From a bacterium (GTDB taxonomy: Bacteria > Margulisbacteria > Marinamargulisbacteria > GCA-2716485 > JAYNIM01), in assembly GCA_038109055.1 (NCBI GenBank), contig JAYNIM010000001.1, forward strand, positions 427,365 to 491,364: a stretch of 64,000 nt of DNA, in the 5' to 3' direction. Positions 59,601 to 64,000 of the stretch are shown here, piece by piece. The notes under the pieces were generated by a model. The model made no database searches. It saw only the letters and a program-made list of their open reading frames with translations, and had not been told where the DNA came from. Numbering within the stretch: position 1 is the stretch's first letter; every line of letters begins with the position of its first letter. A program made the translations under genes and the position numbers.

Positions 59601-60899
59601 TTAGTTAACTAATTTACGTTCTCTGTCTTCCTCTGTCCCTTCTTGAGACTCTTTTTGATTTTCTCGCTTTATTTGCTTAATACTTAAACCAATTTTCTGT
59701 TCATCTGGTATCATTTTAATAATTTTTGCCTCTAAAACATCATCTTCTTTGGCAAAAGATTGAATATCTTGAATATGATCTTGGCTCAACTCAGAAATAT
59801 GGATCAATCCTTCTAAATGTTCTTCCAGTTCTACAAATATCCCAAAGTTTACGATACGTGTTACTTTTACTTGGACAACCTGTCCTAACTCATATTTCTG
59901 AGCAGCCTCCACCCAAGGGTCAGGTTGTAACTGCTTTACACCTAAGGAAATTCTGCCTGTTGTTTTGTTAACCCCTAAAATAAATACATCTAACTCTTCC
60001 CCAATATTTACTAGTTCAGAGGGATGATTAATACGTGACCAAGACAATTCAGAAATATGTACTAATCCTTCGATACCTCCTACATCAACAAAGACACCAA
60101 AATCTTTAATACTTGTCACTTTTCCTACTCGAATTTGTCCCATTTCAAAAGAGTCTAAGTCAACGGCTACTTTTTCTACCGTAGTATTTTCAGCTTGTTT
60201 GTGAGAGAAAATTATTTTTCTTCTTTTTCTATCTGCTTGTAAAGGTATTACCCTTAATGTTTTATTTTTAAAATCTCCCAGCTCTTGCTCTGCGTCTAAT
60301 TGTACCTGTGACGCAGGAATAAACCCTTTAATTTCCTCGTAGGAAGCAACCAATCCGCCTTTAACGCTAGAATTAACGATAATTTCTACAGTAGTTCGAT
60401 GTTTCATTGCGTCTAATAATGTTTCCCAATTTTCTTCGTATAACGCTTTTTTTCTTGAAAGCATTGTGCAGCCTTCTTTATTTTCTAATTTTTCAATGTA
60501 TACGCTCAACTCTTCACCAGGCATTAATTTTTTTGCTAATGACTGCCCAACTTCACTCATGGGTACAAATCCTTCAGACTTATAATTTATATCTAAGAAT
60601 ATTCCACTTTTTTCAATTTTTGTAATTACCCCTTTGATGATATCTCCTTCTTGATAATCAATAACGGTTTGTTCAATTTGTTGTTCAAATAAATTTTCTT
60701 TCGCTATTTTCTCTTTGACTATATCTGTTTTGACTTGTTTTTTAGGTTTTGTTTTTGTTTCTTTTTCTGTACTAGTTTCATCTAAATTAAGACTTTTTTC
60801 AAACTCAGATACCGCTCCTATTTTGGTTGGTTTAAACTCTTCCTTTTGGACAAAATCAAATGTTTCGTCTTCCTGTATTTGCTTGTTATCTTTGTCCAT
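59601..60899 (-). CDS. rpsA: 30S ribosomal protein S1 (four-S1-domain form)
   Basis: KSEGF, GFIPASQ, FGVFVD.GG.EGLVHISELSW, EGLIHISEL; GGAG RBS. Confidence 0.92.
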   Translation of the reverse strand: MDKDNKQIQEDETFDFVQKEEFKPTKIGAVSEFEKSLNLDETSTEKETKTKPKKQVKTDIVKEKIAKENLFEQQIEQTVIDYQEGDIIKGVITKIEKSGIFLDINYKSEGFVPMSEVGQSLAKKLMPGEELSVYIEKLENKEGCTMLSRKKALYEENWETLLDAMKHRTTVEIIVNSSVKGGLVASYEEIKGFIPASQVQLDAEQELGDFKNKTLRVIPLQADRKRRKIIFSHKQAENTTVEKVAVDLDSFEMGQIRVGKVTSIKDFGVFVDVGGIEGLVHISELSWSRINHPSELVNIGEELDVFILGVNKTTGRISLGVKQLQPDPWVEAAQKYELGQVVQVKVTRIVNFGIFVELEEHLEGLIHISELSQDHIQDIQSFAKEDDVLEAKIIKMIPDEQKIGLSIKQIKRENQKESQEGTEEDRERKLVN

Positions 60900-61021
60900 T
60901 TTATGCTCCTATAAGATCCATTAAAATCCTAAAAAAATCTTTTAATCTCATATATTAACATTTTTTTTATTAGTTGCCTACAATGTAGTGTATTTAGATT
61001 TCTTGATTGTTGAAACAATCT

Positions 61022-61762
61022 CTATCTATGCGTTTTTATATCATTATAAGTTTTTATTTCATTATAATTCCTAAGTATATCTTCTATGTACTTTTTTGTT
61101 TTAGGGTCTACGCCTGTCTTTTTTACCCCAGTAAACCCTTTGTAGTAAGATGCCAATGCCATATATATATTTTCTTTATTATCTGTTCCCTTTTTATTTG
61201 TTTGTATATTCTTATCTTTTATCTGCCATTTCTGTATCATTTTACTTAAATATGTGACTGTCCCTTTTACATTTTGCTTTATATTAAATGAATTATTAAT
61301 ATCTAAATCTTTCTTATTAAAATCTTTAATTTGCCCCAAACCTTTTGCACCTGTCTTACTAATTGCATTTCGGTTAAAACTAGATTCTCGAGCAATAAGT
61401 GCAGCTGACATTTTTGGATCTATTCCCGACTTTTTGCTATATCTTGTTATGTATAATGCGATTAATTTAGCTTCTTCTTTGTCTTTTAATTTATATTTTT
61501 TATAGATGTAATTGTAAATTGCATTATAATCTTGCTGTTCTTTTCTATTACTAAATTTTATATTTTTTGTTAACTCTGCTTCTTTTTTTGCATGATACCC
61601 CTGTCTTTGCTGTTCATTAATGTAGCTTAATTTCCTATGTTTAAATGTTTCTACTTGTCCTTTTTTTTGTTTTTTAGACTCCTTTGTCCCTGCTACTTTT
61701 CCACTTTGATTGATGATTAATACAAATGAAAGTGCTACAATGGGGATAACAAATCCGCTCAT
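61022..61762 (-). CDS. Lytic transglycosylase (SLT domain) with N-terminal anchor
   Basis: ARESSFN, AISKTGAKGLGQI, ALASY, TKKYI. Confidence 0.82.
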   Translation of the reverse strand: MSGFVIPIVALSFVLIINQSGKVAGTKESKKQKKGQVETFKHRKLSYINEQQRQGYHAKKEAELTKNIKFSNRKEQQDYNAIYNYIYKKYKLKDKEEAKLIALYITRYSKKSGIDPKMSAALIARESSFNRNAISKTGAKGLGQIKDFNKKDLDINNSFNIKQNVKGTVTYLSKMIQKWQIKDKNIQTNKKGTDNKENIYMALASYYKGFTGVKKTGVDPKTKKYIEDILRNYNEIKTYNDIKTHR

Positions 61763-63456
61763 GTTTCTTGCAGTACTCTCATTATTTCTTTTTGATCCCC
61801 ATGTTTTTTGATTGATGTTTCACGGTAGCAGTATTCAAATGTTTGCTTTTCTAGGAACCCCTTCCCCACAATAATTTGCAATGGAATCCCAATCAAGTCT
61901 GCATCTTTAAATTTCACACCTGCTGATATATGTCGATCATCGATTAATATATCCATCTTTTTTTCTATGCATATTTTATATAATTCCTCTGCTGCCTGAC
62001 ATAAGGTTTCATTTTTCATGGAAGTAATAATAATGACTGCTTGAAAGGGTGCTATCGCTTTGGGCCAGATGATGCCTTTTTCGTCGTGAGATTGTTCAAT
62101 TGCAGCAGCTACAGTTCTCCCGATACCTATACCGTAGCACCCCATCTGTACCGGCTGTTGTTTTGCCTCTTTATCTAAAAAGCTTGCGTGTAATTTTTGA
62201 GCATATATACTGCCTAATTTAAATATATGACCGACTTCAATACCACGATGAAACGTCAATGTACTCTCTTTTTTGAAGGGAGAGTTTTCTCCTTCCACAG
62301 GAAAACGTAAATCTGCATAGTGCTGAATATTTAATTGTTCCCGTGTGATGTTTGTATAATGATACTCCTTTTCGTTAGCACCTATGAGCATTTTGGTCAT
62401 TGTTTTAATAGAGAAATCAGCAATTAAAGGAATATTTTGTGGAAATTTATACGGACCTAAATAACCACAGTCTAACCCAACTATATTTTTAATTTCTTTG
62501 TCTGTTGCTAAACGAAGATGCGTGGCTTTCAAGAATTTTTTTAGTTTGATCTCATTGATTTGATGATCACCTCTTACTAAGACTGCCTTTGCTTGTTCAT
62601 CACTCATGTATACCAGTAATTTTACGCACTCATTTGCTGCATATTGTAATTTTTTACTCAGCTCTTCGATGCTTGTTATACCAGGCGTGTGATGTTTCGT
62701 TACTTTTATATTTTTATCGCTTATTGCTGTTTGAGGTTCAGGAAAAGAAAATGCTTCACGATTACAACTTATGTTGCTTGCTTTACACGTTACAATGGCA
62801 TCTTCCCCATTTTTTGCCAATACCATAAATTCTGCGGAGTCTGATCCGCCTATAGTACCGGAATCTGCTGTCACGACCGAAAATTTAAGCTGACATCTCT
62901 TAAATATCTTTTCGTAGATATCTCTCATTTTTTCATAATATCTATTTAAATCCTCTTTACTCTCATGAAAACTATAGGCATCTTTCATCACAAACTCCCG
63001 TCCCCGCATTAAGCCGAAACGAGGCCTCACTTCATCTCTAAATTTAGTGGTAATTTGATACAAACATAGCGGTAATTGTTTGTAGGATTTTAGGTTCTGA
63101 GCAATCAAATCAGTGACGACTTCTTCATGTGTTGGACCCAAGCAATACTCGTTTTCCTGTCTGTCTTTAAATCTTAAAAGTTCCTTACCATATTTATCCC
63201 AACGTTCTGACTTCTTCCAAAGGCTTGAGGGACATACCATTGGCATCATGAGTTCTTGTGCGTTGCCTTTGCTTAACTCTTCACGCACAATTTGTTCAAC
63301 CTTTTTGCATACCTTAAGTCCTAAGGGCAATAAGGTATAAATTCCCGATGCAAGCTTTTTAATAAACCCAGCTCTTTGAAGAAGTTGGTGACTTATAACG
63401 TCAGCGTCTTTTGGTACTTCTTTAAGGGTTGGACAAAATAAGTTTGAAAATCTCAT
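61759..63456 (-). CDS. proS: Proline--tRNA ligase (bacterial type with editing domain)
   Basis: LGPTHEE, KFRDEVRPRFGLMRGREF, IEVGHIFKLG, MGCYGIG; probable start MRFS at 63456. Confidence 0.97.
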   Translation of the reverse strand: MRFSNLFCPTLKEVPKDADVISHQLLQRAGFIKKLASGIYTLLPLGLKVCKKVEQIVREELSKGNAQELMMPMVCPSSLWKKSERWDKYGKELLRFKDRQENEYCLGPTHEEVVTDLIAQNLKSYKQLPLCLYQITTKFRDEVRPRFGLMRGREFVMKDAYSFHESKEDLNRYYEKMRDIYEKIFKRCQLKFSVVTADSGTIGGSDSAEFMVLAKNGEDAIVTCKASNISCNREAFSFPEPQTAISDKNIKVTKHHTPGITSIEELSKKLQYAANECVKLLVYMSDEQAKAVLVRGDHQINEIKLKKFLKATHLRLATDKEIKNIVGLDCGYLGPYKFPQNIPLIADFSIKTMTKMLIGANEKEYHYTNITREQLNIQHYADLRFPVEGENSPFKKESTLTFHRGIEVGHIFKLGSIYAQKLHASFLDKEAKQQPVQMGCYGIGIGRTVAAAIEQSHDEKGIIWPKAIAPFQAVIIITSMKNETLCQAAEELYKICIEKKMDILIDDRHISAGVKFKDADLIGIPLQIIVGKGFLEKQTFEYCYRETSIKKHGDQKEIMRVLQET

Positions 63457-63543
63457 GATATTCAAATTCTAGCAAATTGTTGTCGAATTTTCGATTGTCC
63501 GTCACAATATAGAATTATATTATGTTGTTAAGTAGTTTCTTTT

Positions 63544-64000
63544 ATGTCTCTTAAAGTTTCACGTGGTACTCAAGATTTCCTCCCTAGGTCCTGCAAAAAG
63601 TTAGACTTCATACTTAGAAAGGCAAGAGCCGTTTTTGAACACTATGCCTTTCAAGAAATTTCAACACCTATTTTTGAAAATACGGCTGTATTTATGCAAG
63701 GTATTGGTGAAGATACAGATATTATCCAAAAAGAAATGTATACCTTCCAAGACAAAGGACAGCGTTCGCTTACCTTGAGACCTGAAGGTACGGCAGCTGT
63801 TGTCCGAGCCTGCATTGAACATCGTTTATTGACTTCTTCCCAAAAATTGTTTTATGTAGGTCCTTTTTTTCGTTATGAACGCCCACAAGCAGGTCGTTAT
63901 CGGCAGTTTCATCAGATTGGTGCTGAATATCTGGGAGAGTCAAGTCCCTATGCAGATGCTGAACTTATTATTTTGGCTTATCGTTTATTTTCTTCCTTAG
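63544..64000 (+). CDS. hisS: Histidine--tRNA ligase (partial, runs off right edge)
   Basis: Manual translation MSLKVSRGTQDF...TPIFE...KEMYTFQDKGQRSLTLRPEGTA...FRYERPQAGRYRQFHQIGAE. Confidence 0.95.
   Translation, partial: MSLKVSRGTQDFLPRSCKKLDFILRKARAVFEHYAFQEISTPIFENTAVFMQGIGEDTDIIQKEMYTFQDKGQRSLTLRPEGTAAVVRACIEHRLLTSSQKLFYVGPFFRYERPQAGRYRQFHQIGAEYLGESSPYADAELIILAYRLFSSL

Noticed and set aside
1952..63340. Many 60-122 aa ORFs antisense to or nested in long genes (e.g. 7934-8275, 35630-35998, 42045-42350, 61007-61249)
   Set aside because: Shadow ORFs overlapping well-supported genes, with no recognisable motifs
1..64000. CRISPR arrays, IS/transposases, tRNA/rRNA, ops/JUMPStart or sigma-54 promoter motifs
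   Set aside because: None recognised by eye; short motifs could have been missed without computation

Overview
AT-rich bacterial chromosomal segment. About 54 kb (1-53.8 kb) is a mosaic surface-glycan (LPS/O-antigen/capsule-like) locus. It is followed by housekeeping genes (tsaD, rpoN, ispD, trpA, trpB, patatin, rpsA, lytic transglycosylase, proS, partial hisS). The glycan locus contains: (i) a sialic-acid-type operon neuB-[CMAH homolog]-neuC-neuA-putative transferase, in which a full-length homolog of animal CMP-Neu5Ac hydroxylase (Rieske + metallo-beta-lactamase fold, plus an extra C-terminal CxxC domain) sits inside the operon, suggesting de novo bacterial synthesis of an N-glycolyl sialic acid (Neu5Gc-like), the top finding; (ii) a legionaminic-acid-type operon with a formyltransferase in the legH position, a HisF/HisH/amidotransferase amidination module and an oxidoreductase/CMP-synthetase/SDR trio; (iii) a translationally coupled CotH kinase-VTC-DUF4956 module; (iv) a UbiA/DprE1/DprE2-like polyprenyl-phospho-pentose pathway; (v) a GT2/YdjC deacetylase/ArnT-like set; (vi) WbpB-WbpD fusion and WbpE, PglF/PglE/PglC-like genes, a Wzx flippase and three asparagine-synthase-family proteins. 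A stretch at 22.4-24.4 kb holds relics of a decayed second nonulosonate cassette. I saw no RNA genes, CRISPR arrays or transposases. All functional calls come from motif recognition, not database searches.
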